From: Phoronis australis
Lineage: Eukaryota; Animalia; Phoronida
Direction: 5' to 3'
Length of the DNA stretch: 64,000 nucleotides
Assembly: GCA_002633005.1 (NCBI GenBank)
Contig: NMRA01000217.1
Coordinates: 1 to 64,000 of the forward strand
Shown: positions 14,163 to 27,265 of the stretch, in pieces
Numbering within the stretch: the stretch's first letter is position 1
Layout: each line of letters begins with the position of its first letter
The notes under the pieces: model-generated
What the model saw: only the letters and a program-made list of their open reading frames with translations
Told to the model about the DNA's origin: nothing
Databases searched by the model: none
Position numbers and translations under genes: made by a program

Positions 14163-14534
14163 TTCTTTTCCATCAAAATTGTTGCTCGTATGAAATCTAC
14201 GGGGCTGTGCACCATTTATATTAATTGACCAGAGAAGACTTTCTTCATTGACCGAAATTTTAATTAGGTCTAGACTTGCCTAAAAATGTGAACACGCGGG
14301 AATTTATCAGTGCAAGAAAACGCAGTGCTCTGATTGGTGGAGATGTGTGTATGATTCATCTCGGCTGCGCAGCCTTCAAGATTTACAGTGTATACTTCGT
14401 TCTTGGAATCATCGGAGAGACAAGAGTATTAGGCCTATAGTCGCACCTTTTTTCCAGAACATAATTTTAGAATCTCCTCGCAAAATAAAGGGACGGGAAA
14501 ATCCATCAATTATTCCTTTACAAATTGTATGTAA

Positions 14535-15173
14535 AACCTGCTGCGTAATTGAAGTGGGAGAGAGAACTTAATTTGGTTGGTGATACTCAGATTTGGAAAA
14601 AAATCATTCTATAATTTATCATTGTACTTCCGATGTCAGACTTAAATGGTTTCAATTCCGTTTCAACCACAGACTTATTAGTGCAAACTCTAGTGAATCG
14701 TCTTTGTGTTCTTTCTGTGAGCAAGACGAAGAAACAATACTACATTTGAATTAGCAATGTTCACCTTCTCAGAATTTTTGGAGATGTTTAAAAACATGGA
14801 TGATAAATCAGTGCGATTTCCCTCTGCAGTTAAATATCTCTACCGCCTTGTTTGGAGATCCAGCCTATAGATTGGAAGTTGTAAATTTAATTCTTTGCTT
14901 AGCGAAATTTCATTTATACAGGCTAAGCCCAATTTTCAGTCATTTTTACCGGAGGTATGTGATTACCACAGCGTGGAAAAATTATTTATAATGATAAATT
15001 GGCTCCTGAGAGATCCCAGGCAAGGTGGGTCTTCTTTTTTTGCCAAGTAATTAGCTTTTATAGGGTTCAACAATGTTTCTAATCTGTTTGATGTACTTAA
15101 CTAGATTTCATATTACTGCACAACTATGTGCTGGTTGATTGGAGTTAATAAATGTTTTACCTCAAAAAAAAAA
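14535..15173 (+). mobile_element. Decayed 3' end of an L1/Tx1-type non-LTR retrotransposon (ORF2 C-terminal zinc-binding region plus poly-A)
   Basis: Interrupted translation KWEREL...WKKI...LKWFQFRFNHRL...SLCSFCEQDEETILHL..C..SQNFW is typical of the zf-RVT region. In-frame stops are present. AATAAA followed by an A-run at 15164-15173. Confidence 0.75.
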
Positions 15174-15286
15174 GATTTACAATGTATATGTATTTAAACT
15201 TGTCGACTACTGTTTATTTGTCTTCTCGTTAACTGCTAAGAAAACAATCAATTTGGAAAATTAGTAGTCGTAATGGCGGCACTTCA

Positions 15287-16954
15287 TTAACCGTAAAAGT
15301 CACCTCCAGAAGCAGCAGCCATTGGTGACAAATCTGGAAATTGGAAGAAAGAACATTCATTATGATAACTTAAAATGAAATTAAACCTTGTTTTAGGCCT
15401 TAACAAATATCAACTACTTAGATCCTGAAGCCAGAATACACACGTATCTTGAGTGGCGAAATAATATCTCAAGAAACAGTATTACGCGTATCGACCTCGT
15501 CATACGGTCTCGGTCGATACGCGGAATAAGGTCGAGTTAGATATTATTTTATCTACGACGCACGAGGTACGTGTTGTATTTATTCCATACGCTTCGAACT
15601 CTTAGTATTTTTCGGCGAATTTTGTGTATACTTCACCAGACTGCTCACGTGATCACACCCTTTAGTACACGTACTTGCGCGTTATGTTACAAGTCTACTC
15701 TATTTCAAGAAAACAGTATTAAATGCAACGTTTTAATACTTGAGAAGAGATAAAAAAGGTGAAAAGCCGACCTTTTGAACTTTCCATGTCAGAAGGCACT
15801 GTTAAAGTAGTCCCGGGAGTGCAATACGGTAAACAATACCACATTGCCGCATTGTACTCAACTTATTCAACGCGTATGGGTTAAAGTAACACCCTGTAAC
15901 CCTCACCACATTCGGAGTTTGGAACGAGTGTTACGGGAAAGTGTGACTAACGCTTTGAGTTATTTATCAACACCTGCGAAGGAAGATTACCCACGCCAAC
16001 ATTTTGCATAAATAATGTATTTATCTGCGGGGGAAACACGAATTAGAAAGCGACAGCAACAGCCTTGGGTGAGAGCGCAGTGCTCGTAAAAATCCTTACC
16101 CATGACTGTACATAACGATAAAACGACAGGAAAATGAATCAGTGTTTACCTTTGGATTTCAATTGTTGAAGTTATTGTAGCTTTGCCATCATTTACCTCA
16201 GCATCAATGTGTAAAAGTAGTAGTATGTTAGGGATTGATGTCCCTGACTTTGAGATTATACACACAAAAGTTTACATGCATTTTTATTGTTGGGAAAATC
16301 GTGCTCGTGTCTCATACATCTAGGGCCTTTCGCGGCAAGAGATTTTAGCAGGAAAAGAGGTGAAAAACAATTTCCAACGCGTAGCATGAAAGTTTGAGGT
16401 AAAATGAACTTGCGTTACTTCAAATTGTTTACCCACAGATTTTTGTGGAGAAGGAAATAGAGACGCGTGCCGCGTATCCGAGAGAACTTGTGGCATACGA
16501 GTCACCCAGTCCAGCTGAATCCAGAAAGTGTCACGCAGGAAATCGTCTGCTCGGTAAGCTCGCAGTCCACGATAGCTTAAACCTCTGACTTTTTGAAATA
16601 CTATTAAAATGAAAAGTAATTTCTACACATCGTATACTGGCGGCACTGCATATGACGTTTCACAAAAAGTTGGGATCTTAGCGTTTTGACCCTCCGTAAG
16701 CCCTGTCTAAAGGCAACAAATGTGGGCGCAGTCATTTACGGAACGTGACGTTATCCCTAAAAGGCTGATAATGAAGCTCCTAGCACAGAAATACATGTGA
16801 AACAATAAAATATGTTGAGTTACTCACAGTCTAGGTCGTTTCCACCATCTGACACGCGGATTGCACGTTTATGTCGGCCGACAACTCCGGCTTCAACATA
16901 CGCACACATGATAGTGACTAAAAGAAGAGCCAGGAATATGGCTATCTCGCGCAT
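15287..16954 (-). CDS. Putative small secreted prepropeptide (neuropeptide/peptide-hormone-like), join(16954-16828, [16105-16100], 15333-15287), 57-59 aa
   Basis: Exon 1 MREIAIFLALLLVTIMCAYVEAGVVGRHKRAIRVSDGGNDLD ends at a GTGAGT donor. The last exon follows a strong acceptor (ttctttcttccaatttccag) and reads LSPMAAASGGDFYG-stop in the matching phase 1. Minus-strand AATAAA at 15218-15213. Confidence 0.6.
15480..15529. repeat. Imperfect palindrome/hairpin (core of a small non-autonomous element)
   Basis: tattacgcgtatcgacc ... ggtcgatacgcggaata. Confidence 0.6.
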
Positions 16955-17222
16955 CTTTTGGCTCACCATTCTGTTTCACTTCTGAATGCTGGTTGGCACA
17001 GTGGCTGAAAAAGTGGATCGACCCAAGTGGGAACCACAGTTACAAAAATCCACGAGCTGCATTTAAGGATATGAAGTAGGCTACATTTACGCACAGACAC
17101 CAATGTTTCAGAACTAGACATGCCCATGAACACGCAAACGCGCAACAACAAACACAAAAAAGAACAAATATAAATAAAAAAAATCTTACTAAAATCACCC
17201 ATTAACATAGCCAGCGACAAAT

Positions 17223-17409
<187 letters not shown>

Positions 17410-19271
17410 GATACACGACATAAAAGTTCCTATAATTACAGAATTACTATGCCGAGTTCAAAATAGGATATATTCTTGTTAAGAAATCATCATTATATTT
17501 GCATCTCAAACTTAGGCCAAAAAGAATAATTAGTTTTGGCTTGCGGGTTATTGAAAATTGAAGCGGTGATGCAGCACTTTTTAGTGATCTATGATTTCAA
17601 AAAAAAATACTTGACTTCAAATAAACTTGGATGGGCCGGTATCCTAATCTTGTGATTTACCCGAAGCGTCACCTGATGGCAGCTAAAATGGGTCGGCGCC
17701 CTTCCTTTAGTCACTAGCCTTGGTGAGCAGGTATCAAAATGAGCTGGGCGCACACAATAACCAATTATGCTACTTTCTTGGCCTATTTTTTTCGGTTCAT
17801 ACATGTCACAGGCATGCGTTCCGTAGACACGATAACCTCGCAAAAACGCAAGATCATGCGAGATATCACCATGTGCTTTTAGAAACGAATCACACATAAT
17901 TCCTACGTATACGGAACAAAACCCCGATCTAATTTCATGACATTCCCGAAAACATGAAGGCTGTTGTGAACATTTTTGATTTAACAACTTACTGTTATGA
18001 AATGGACTCAGACTGTTCTGTACCCAGATTGAGGACTGGTAGTTCTGATTCTTGATTAAGCCTATGGTCGGCATAAGAACTTACCCACTGGACCATACCA
18101 ACTAACTGAGCTTGGTCAGAAAAAGGGTAACAAAATGCCCGTTCTTACCAAGTGCCATCGTAACTTCTAATGTGAACAGTGAACAACCCAGTTATACAGC
18201 GTTTGGTTTTAACAGAAGGCGGGTATACATTATCTGATAAATTCCTCTTACCTACGACACGTATAGAGATTCCTTTTGAAATGAAATTAACGGAATTAAA
18301 CGTTTTACCAAAAGTGGTTTTATATATCTAGAAAAAGCTGTTTACAGTGTTGATCGAAAATCTCTTCCTATAGAATGCGGTTAGACCGCGTATCAGTGGA
18401 TGCGGGTTCCAATGCGCGGTTAGACCGAGGATAGCCCCAGTCCGGACTTCGTCTGGGCGTGATTAATCCGCAGCGAGAAGCTATTTTTGATCGTCACTGT
18501 ACTCCCTTCGGCTATCGATCTGAACGTCATTTAATGGAACTCATTCAACAAAAATCCTTTAAATTTTGATTAACAAAACTGCTGTGAATGAAGTTGCAAA
18601 TGAATTTTCGGAACCTGCAAACATAATTTTACGATGATTATTTGACGTCTTTTAAGACGTCAAATAATCAAAGACATTCAAACAATCGTGCATAACCTGT
18701 AAAATGGTGGTTAAACATTTGGGGTGTTTCCCAACAAACCTACAATTGTCTAGTTGCGATGGCGTGATTTTCTATGATGTATGACAAGTTTTCTTACAAT
18801 GAACAACGACAATTATTTGCGCATTTTTGCACAAACAGGATGTCATCTAACTACCTTGAAAATTTGTCCAAAAATTTAGTTCCGGTTAAATATACTACTT
18901 TGCTAATGTTGCTAGAAGTAACGAAAGGATAATCAAACTGGGATGCATTCCGCACACACAAGACATTAACCACGCACTTCTGGGGAGAAATCTGATCGTA
19001 GTGAAACGACAGAAAGAAAACATAGAATTCTACATTATAACGCGCGAGTTCTATCTCATCATTCAAACCCCACCAACCAATCACTTGCTCGGAACACCTC
19101 GAGCGTGTGGCCTTGTATTCTTAATTATCCAATGGATAATTTGAGGCATCCGGAACACCTCGGATATTTTCCGGTCAATCATTTTTCAGATTCAATGTGA
19201 CATAATTTTCCCCTATTTATCTGCGTATTGATGTACTTTTTGTATTGAATCCACGTGTCAGTCTTCCAATC

Positions 19272-19288
19272 GTATGACTTATTGTACG

Positions 19289-19362
<74 letters not shown>

Positions 19363-19443
19363 ATATATGTATATATGTATATATGTATATATATGCACGC
19401 GCGCGCGTGTGTGTGTCTGTGTGTGTGTGTGGTTGTGGGTGTG
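19272..19443. repeat. Compound (TA)n/(GT)n microsatellite
   Basis: Directly visible. Confidence 0.95.
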
Positions 19444-20144
19444 TGGAAAACCGATAATGGCCCTTTGGACCTCAAATGGCTGCTACCGAAAGCGTGTGTA
19501 TCGGGATGTTGCGCAATTATTACCCTAATTCAGGCAAAATAGTGAAAAATGGGGAAATTTTTGGTAAATTGAGAAAAAATATGGTCAATTATTATTTGCC
19601 ATCCCAATCAGCAAGTCACCATACAGCTGGTCACCATAGTTTTAGGCCAAATGGTGCTGCAGTCGTAACTTTCAAAAAATGGTATCAAAGCTCTGATTGG
19701 TATGCAGAGAGTTTACAATACCTTTCTTACTAACTACTGAGTTCACTTTCCTACGTTAGGTATTGTTTCCAAAAAACAGCGTGAGAAGGAATCAAAAAGG
19801 TTTCCGATGAGAAAAATTTTCTTATAAAGGTTTCCAATGAGGGAAATGTCCTCAAATGGTGACTTTTTCTTTTTCCTATAACGGGAGTTCACCATTTCTT
19901 CTCTCAGTAACTCTATTTTCAACAACAACAAAAAAAACAAATAGGAATTTTCAAATTCGTGTTTGCATCCGGCAGCCGAGCCCGACAAATAAGTGATAGG
20001 TAGATAGATGTAAATTAATTTTTAACGTCCAAAGTAATTAAACTGATCCTTTGCGGCGTAATTTAACTTTTAACGACGTAAATTACGCTTCAAATAATTA
20101 TTTGAATCGTAATTAAAGTTAATTTACGTGCCTTAATTACGCAC

Positions 20145-20280
20145 GCTCTGCCGCTCTGCCGCTCTGCCGCTCTGCCGCTCTGCCGCTCTGCCGCTCTGCC
20201 GCTCTGCCGCTCTGCCGCTCTGCCGCTCTGCCGCTCTGCCGCTCTGCCGCTCTGCCGCTCTGCCGCTCTGCCGCTCTGCC
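20145..20280. repeat. Perfect 8-bp tandem repeat (GCTCTGCC)x17
   Basis: Directly visible, 136 bp. Confidence 0.97.
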
Positions 20281-20921
20281 AGAAATTTCCAGATGTCAGG
20301 AGTCGAACCACCGAGCTACCGAGGTCCCGATATCTACGCAATAAATGTTTGCAGCCAACTGTTTCATTGTACATCTCATGAGAGACGACAATGGCAAGAG
20401 ATGACGAGTAACAGACAAATCGGACTATAGCATGCATTAGCCCCCAATGTTAATGTATTTTTACGTTTGCCTCTACTAAATAGTTTAGGATTTCGTTTAC
20501 TTTCATGAATTCTGCAAATAGTTATGTTTCAGAGAACGAAGGCGCCACTTTCTCAATTCGGATGAGTTGACGAAATATGCGGCGTTTAATGGATAATTTT
20601 ATAATTCTAAAGCATACTCATTGAAGCACACCTTTAATTGCAGTGTTATCATGGGCAAATATTTCAACTCTTCGCGTTGCTCTTATTGACATCTGTGTAC
20701 ATGTATATCCACTTAACCCTTTGAAAGTTCACAATTTGGCGTGTGTAGACATATTTTAAACTTAGTCGACAACATTTGGACCACTGCTGTGCCTCCGAAT
20801 GGATTTTTTCCCAAAAAGTGAGTTAAACATTATTCTGGTATTGCATTGCCGTCCTGGGTGCATTTCAACGCTCCATGTAGCTCTTGTTTACAGGGAGCGG
20901 GTTCAGTGAAACCTGCCTCCG

Positions 20922-21063
20922 GCGTTCAGTAACGCTAGGACCTCGCTAAAAAGCAAGACTTTGCGAGATTACGTGAGATATTGCCGTGTATTTTAAATGA
21001 TATCACGTGACTTTTGCTAGATTTTAGCTAGGTCTTAGCGTAGGTCCTAGCGTTTCTGAACGC
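20922..21063. mobile_element. Short MITE with ~22-bp TIR
   Basis: GCGTTCAGTAACGCTAGGACCT / AGGTCCTAGCGTTTCTGAACGC. Confidence 0.65.
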
Positions 21064-24000
21064 ATGCCTGCTTTAAAGTATCCAAGGCACCCCACTGTGT
21101 CGATCTGGGTTAACACATCAAAGAAACTATTGAAGCGCTTCAATTTAGCTGTGATCAGGTGGGTTTCAATGACAGCACACAGTTGTAGATAGAGTCAGTG
21201 CAGACGCCTATTTTCCTGGTGGCTCTGTCATCAATAAAATGAGTAAAAAAAGGTCAGAACTCTTTTCTCCTCATGAGGAAAAGGTTTCCTCACACAACTG
21301 ATTACAGAAAAAAATAATGACATAGATGGAGAGCCAAAACAAGTCATCGGAAGCAACAGGCTTGGAGGGACAGTGGGTACAGACTGGCTAAGCGGTTCAC
21401 GCAATCAGAAAAACGCAACCATGAACTGAGCTAAAGGACTTTTGGAAACTAAATGGAACGAAGGAAGTGATGTCGTCGTCCGAGGAGATGAGATCACAGA
21501 AATAGTTTTATAAAGGTATTTTGAGAGCGACTCCGTGCCGTAGTCTGGCGTCCCCTGAGTACGGCGGAGTCTTTTTGAAAATCAGTCGACATGTGCTTAG
21601 ATCTCGCGCCGGGTTAAGCGCTCATGCTCTGTGTTACCGGTACTCGAAATTTACAGCTCAGATAAAAAGTTGAGATAACGAGATAAATAGTTTTTTTATT
21701 TCTGTTGGCTGGTGCGCTTTCGTAATTCTACGTTCAAGGAAACTGAAAACTTTCGCGTCACGTCCCCACGGCGGCGTTACGGCGCTAGTGAAACAAAACA
21801 TTTTTCGTGTTTGCATACTTTTCCACGTTCCGGGAAACAGGTTTGTTTTTGGTGCTTCTATATAGCCTGCAGTGTGCCAGGTTGATATATTAAATTACCG
21901 AAATGCGACTTCATGAATCTCGTCCGCGGGCTGCAGAAAATGACTCAAAATAGTCGAGTGGCAGGGACGGCTCACGGCGCCCGGCTCCGAATTTCGTTAA
22001 ACTGCATGGCTGTATTAAGTTGAAAAAAAAATAACGAAGCATGGTTTTCCATTTTTAAAAATCGATGAACTAATAAGTTATAAACTATTAAACTTTGCGG
22101 GGTACGAGGAAACTACCGTGTTGACCTTAAGCCCTATCATACTCGCGGTGGCTGGGATCATTGCTAACACTGATCAGAGATAACAACATCACTTCTTTTA
22201 ATATTCTTTCAATCTCTTTTGACCAGATTTTTACTATGAAGCAGTTGTACTTAACTTTTCCCCACTCTTCATTTTTATGACTGACAAAAAACTAGGCACT
22301 GGCACTGAACCCCAGTCCAGAATTCAGGCCTCAAAACTCCCCGTTTGGCTATCGCTATATTTGCACTTTTGTATATATTCATGATTTGAGCTCTAATAAA
22401 GATTAAACTTGAACCAATGACACACGTCAGTAGTTTGTGCTGTGAAATGTGGCCGGCCGCCGCGGTTTAGTGTGAGCTGGCTGCCACTAACTTTACTTAG
22501 TGAGAGTTGGGCCGGGGATACATCAAATGTACGCGTGGGTAGAAAACGTATCTGCGTAAAGGAAGAGTTTCGTTTTCAAAACTTTCAGAGTCGTGGGTTG
22601 TTAGGACCTTCATTAATAAACCGAGACCAAGTACAAACCGCGTCTTCAAAGTTTAGATACACAAAGTCTACGGCATACTGATTACAAGGTCACTGACTCG
22701 GAGCACGTTCTTAGGCATACGTATATTGTAATATCGGTTGAATTATATGTTATAACTGTGTATAGCACGTACGCATACAAGAAGCCATTCACATTTATAT
22801 CTGATCACAATTCTAACCCTGATTTGAAAACAAACATTCGTTTAGATAATTTTCGGAAAGAACGTGAACTAAAATGATAGGACAAACACTACATACCACA
22901 GGCAAAATTCTACATTCGAAGACCGCTTCTGTGAGAAAGAAACTCCCAACAGGAGAAGTTTGTAATGACACGTAAACAAGTACACTTTTACCCCTTAGAG
23001 TAGACGCGAAACGCTAAGTATTGTGTTCTTACTCCAAAGGGCTCGGCCTTGGTGCGAAGCTGTTTAATTACTAAATCAAATATACAACTTTTAATTGCGC
23101 CGTTGTGGGTAAAAACTGACCCAATAAAATCTTTCTTGAGTAATCTAAATTATTTACCGGCGTTGAAAAAATTGCTTTTCTACTGTTATTCTGCTGCTAA
23201 AATTGTAGTGTGATCTTTTGCGTCGACTTTCGGCGCAATGAAATATTGCGTCACCTATTAGCCAGTTTCTTTTTCCCAGATTCTTCAATCAAACGTTCTC
23301 CGTCGAGGTTGCCTAAATATTACAACAAATGATCAGAATTGGTTTCACTTTATTATATGTTTTCAGTGAACCGAATTTTAGAACAGATTTTGCTGCGATG
23401 TTGTCATCATCTAATGGGAGATGTCGAAAATTTTCTGGAAGTGGCGCGTGTCACAAATGTGCTAATTTCAAAACATTATAACCGATCACATGTTTCCATT
23501 TTCATGCGTCATGATCTTAATCACTGCGCTATGTTAAAACCATTGTTTATGTTGATCTTAAAATAAACTTTTGTTCTAATGCTATACCAACATATTAAGA
23601 AATTATACAATAATAAACAATAATTATCTGTGGTAAAGCGAATTATACAGCGTGGTGAAGTGATGATCAAGAGCAATAACAGATGAGCGCCAATGCGTGC
23701 TGCTTGTTGAGCATTCCGCGGCATGAAAACACTTAAGGTCGTAAAACAGCCAGCGTTGTATTCTGATTTTTGTGCAATTTTACGGTAAAATTTCAAATTC
23801 CATGCTTGTTTTTATGCCTAATGTACTGTATAAAAAGTCTCATACTAAGGGACAGAAATTATGCTTCCGCAATATTACTTAACTTTTGATTTTACTTCGC
23901 CGTCAGTGATTCAACACAAAGTTTACGTTGGTGTAATGTCACGCACTTTGTATTTGTAGGTTGATTCGATTTTACCACCTTTCAATAGTTGAACAAAAGT

Positions 24001-26252
24001 TGATAAACCGATGTCAAGACTGGAGTTGCCACTGGTGAACGAACAGTTAAATGTTTGTTTGGCCAAACTTTACCCGCTAAGTCATAAAATGACAATTGCC
24101 GACCAAGGACACGCTTAATCCGAATTGGTCGTCTACGCTTGATGACCACTTAGCCGACCCAAGTGCCGACAACAGAGGGGACTCAGCAGACGACTCCTAG
24201 CCGACCGTTGTTGGTAGGCTGCTGGTCGGCTAGACGACCGGTCGACGACTGGTCGTCTACCAATTTCCGACCGGTCGGACAAAAATTCGTGACGTGTGCT
24301 GTAGGTTGGCGAAGTCGAATTGATTTGTGCTCCCTCAGTAATTTTTGCCTTCTATACGGGCCTGTATGAAGTCTTCAGGTTTGTGGAGCATTGACACTGA
24401 TGGGGTTTTCTTCTTTGACCAAAGTTGAGCGGTCTTGGCCTACTTTCCCCTCATTGAAATGAAAATGCTCGACCGGGAAATTCGAATTAAGTGCGAGAAA
24501 ACACGGTAGTTGAATGTCTCGTTTTTGAGCACGGCGCGGAGGATTATTGCCTATAGTGAACTTACCGTCAGCCTCGTGTACTGAATTTAAAAGAACGGAA
24601 ACGCACACACACGCATGGATGTCAATCCACCAATCCACAATCAAAGTGGACACTCGGATGAACAATGAACAGTTGGATATTTGACGATCACTTTCAATTC
24701 AAAAATAAAAAATGCCTACACTTTACCGTGCTATGCTTGCAATTAAACCAAAATAGTAGAATAACAAATCTCAATTTTCTGCTGTTTTGTTTCTTGGCCC
24801 GGCGATTACAGGCATTCACACAGCACTACTTTTTTGGAGCTCCCTCGTTACTATATAGCTTACATGTACCTTAGGTCGTACGACTTTCATGCCTAGATAT
24901 AGATATTCACTTCTAGACTCTCCCTTGTTACGCTTTATTGGTGGGGGTCTAGCCACCACGCCAGGGTGTGGTTTATGCCACATAAAACCTCTATCGCGAA
25001 TGCATGAACTTGTCATCTACACAAACACAGGCACTCGAGCGCAGTTGGACGGGTACGGCCCGATGCCACGGACCGTGGCGCTTTGAATCAGAAGCAGTCA
25101 AAATTTAGTTATCGTTGTAATGATTGTAGGCCTCATATAGCACCAGTAGCTGCATCACAATTTTGTTGTTGTGTTGTCCAATATCTTTAACGAATGGGGC
25201 TGGACCTTTTCAGAGGGTTCGATCACTGAAACCTCTCAGTGATCACTCCTGGCTCAGTACGGGTCTGCCCCGCTATTTATTTTTTTAACGATATTCTCAA
25301 CTGACTGGAGTACGCCTAGGCCACCTACTTTCAGTCGAGCCGGCTAGCTTGCAAGTCTTATTTCAAACATTTAACTTGTTTTCAGTTGTAAAATGCTGAC
25401 ATTCTACTGGTGGCTAGGGAGGTGAATTAAATAGTTTTAGTCAATGAAGCATTTTTAACTACCCTTTTGTTCATTCTCCGTGGATATTAGAAAAACGGAA
25501 CACTGTAGTTGACGGCTGTGCCCGGCGACTCTCGACGCCTGTTCATCAAGGTATGCACACACTTGAGACTATAAGCAAACCTTTTGAGTAAATAATTTTC
25601 TGCGAAAAACGCTTCCGACCCGGTAAGGTAGCGACGCGATGGCAAGATAGTTTATAAGTTGCTCGCATCGTGGCTCTGCTACACAATTAACTGCCACCTA
25701 TTGGTAAGTTTGCATTGGGCGCCATATTATATTGTTTTATTGTTTTTTCCTGACCTGCTCAAGAAAGCGATTTGCAGCGAATTTGCAGAAAAGAGCGCAG
25801 GTTAGCGCCTAAGATTTCTACCTTGTGCTTCGGAAAGAGCTACGTAAGTATTTTTAAACCAAAACAAGCCTGAGATGTAGCCCACCACGGTACCACCCTG
25901 CTAACATGAATCACGGTAATTTGAACGTGTTGTCTGTTGAATGTCAACAAGAAACCCGGCAATTTTATAAGAACAAAATTTGAAGACGTAGCAACTTGAT
26001 CATTGATAGCCACGGCATTATCGAGAGGGAATGTCTTGGCCCCTTAAAAATAGTCTTTAGGGTGCCCGGGCTTCACAGGGATATGCCCAGGTTTCAAAAC
26101 CCTGCTCCCCAGTTGGGCGAGTGAGCCAGAAAATCTACTCGCCCAGCCTGAAGTTCAGTCATCCGGCCGTTTGCGTCTGTCACCACAAACTTGCTGCCAG
26201 TGTAAATAAAAATCATCCTTTCGTGTGTTGATGTCACTATCCATAAGGGCTA

Positions 26253-27265
26253 CCATATTCGCCCTAATAAGCGCCCAGGGTGCTTAGAAAAATTCGTTTT
26301 GGAAGGGGGGAGGGGATGCTGGTGTAGCTTAGGCTAAGGCGGTTGAAAGCCGGCCTCCGAAACGGGTGAAATCGGTAGCTAGGAATCTTCAAATTTACGT
26401 GCTGTGACGTATCTGTAACTTATGACAGACCACAGGCACCTTTAAGTAGCTCTCTACAATATAACATGATAAAGAGAAAGGTACACAACTGACATTCAAT
26501 ATGGCCGTCTGCCGGCCACTTCGGGAATAACCCAAGCATGTCAAATCTGAGAGTAATTTAACTCAAACATTTTATCTGCGACAGCAACACGTTCACTGCT
26601 TCCATTTGTTGACATCAAAACCAATAAATATCATGAATACCTCCAGATCTTCCTAGTTCAATCGTCAACATTCACGACAAAGCGAAAAGCAAGAAGGCCT
26701 CATATCAGTTTCGTCTAATGCGCATGCTCATAAGGCCCCTCGCGACATCTTCAGAGCGCTTACATCAACTAAAAACAGCTATCAAACTTTGTTGTTAAAT
26801 TATGATCTTTTTTTAAAAAAATGCACTGAAATCCCAGGGCAAAAACTTGCCGACTGATGCATCGCTGCCTCGCGATCGTCGATAGGGAACTTGAATTCTT
26901 GAGTAAAAATACAATTTCGACTCAACAAATTACCTGAAATCCTTAAGTTTTCCAAATAGCGTCCCTAAGATTTTTAAGTTCTTGTGGCGATTGCGAGGCA
27001 GTGAAGCAGCAAGTTTTCTCACTGGGATTTTCTGAAAAATGCTCGTAATTTAACAACAAAGTTTGGCAGTAATGCACTGCAATTTCGTAGAAACCCTGTC
27101 ACAGGTTACAGATGCGTCACAGAGAGTAAATTTCATGAATTCCAGCTTACGATTTCACATGTTTCGGAGACCAGGTTTCAACCACTTTGGGCTATAATGA
27201 ACGCCCCCCCCCTTCCTGAAGAGAATTTTTCTAAACGCCCTGGGCACTTATTAGGGCGAATGCGG
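26253..27265. mobile_element. Tc1/mariner(pogo)-type non-autonomous element with TA target duplication, containing a nested inverted-repeat element (~26783-27064)
   Basis: ~43-bp TIR: TA|CCATATTCGCCCTAATAAGCGCCCAGGGTGCTTAGAAAAATTC versus GAATTTTTCTAAACGCCCTGGGCACTTATTAGGGCGAATGCGG|TA. Inner IR caaactttgttgttaaatta ... taatttaacaacaaagtttg. Confidence 0.8.

Noticed and set aside
16150-16243. Alternative middle exon for the prepropeptide gene (would give ...IQRFVTNGCCFWR-stop)
   Set aside because: The acceptor is weak and purine-rich, and the intron to the 6-nt microexon would be only ~44 nt; less parsimonious, though not excluded without RNA data.
24567-24581. 15-nt segment with good acceptor and donor on the minus strand
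   Set aside because: No convincing upstream or downstream partner exons or recognisable product could be linked to it.
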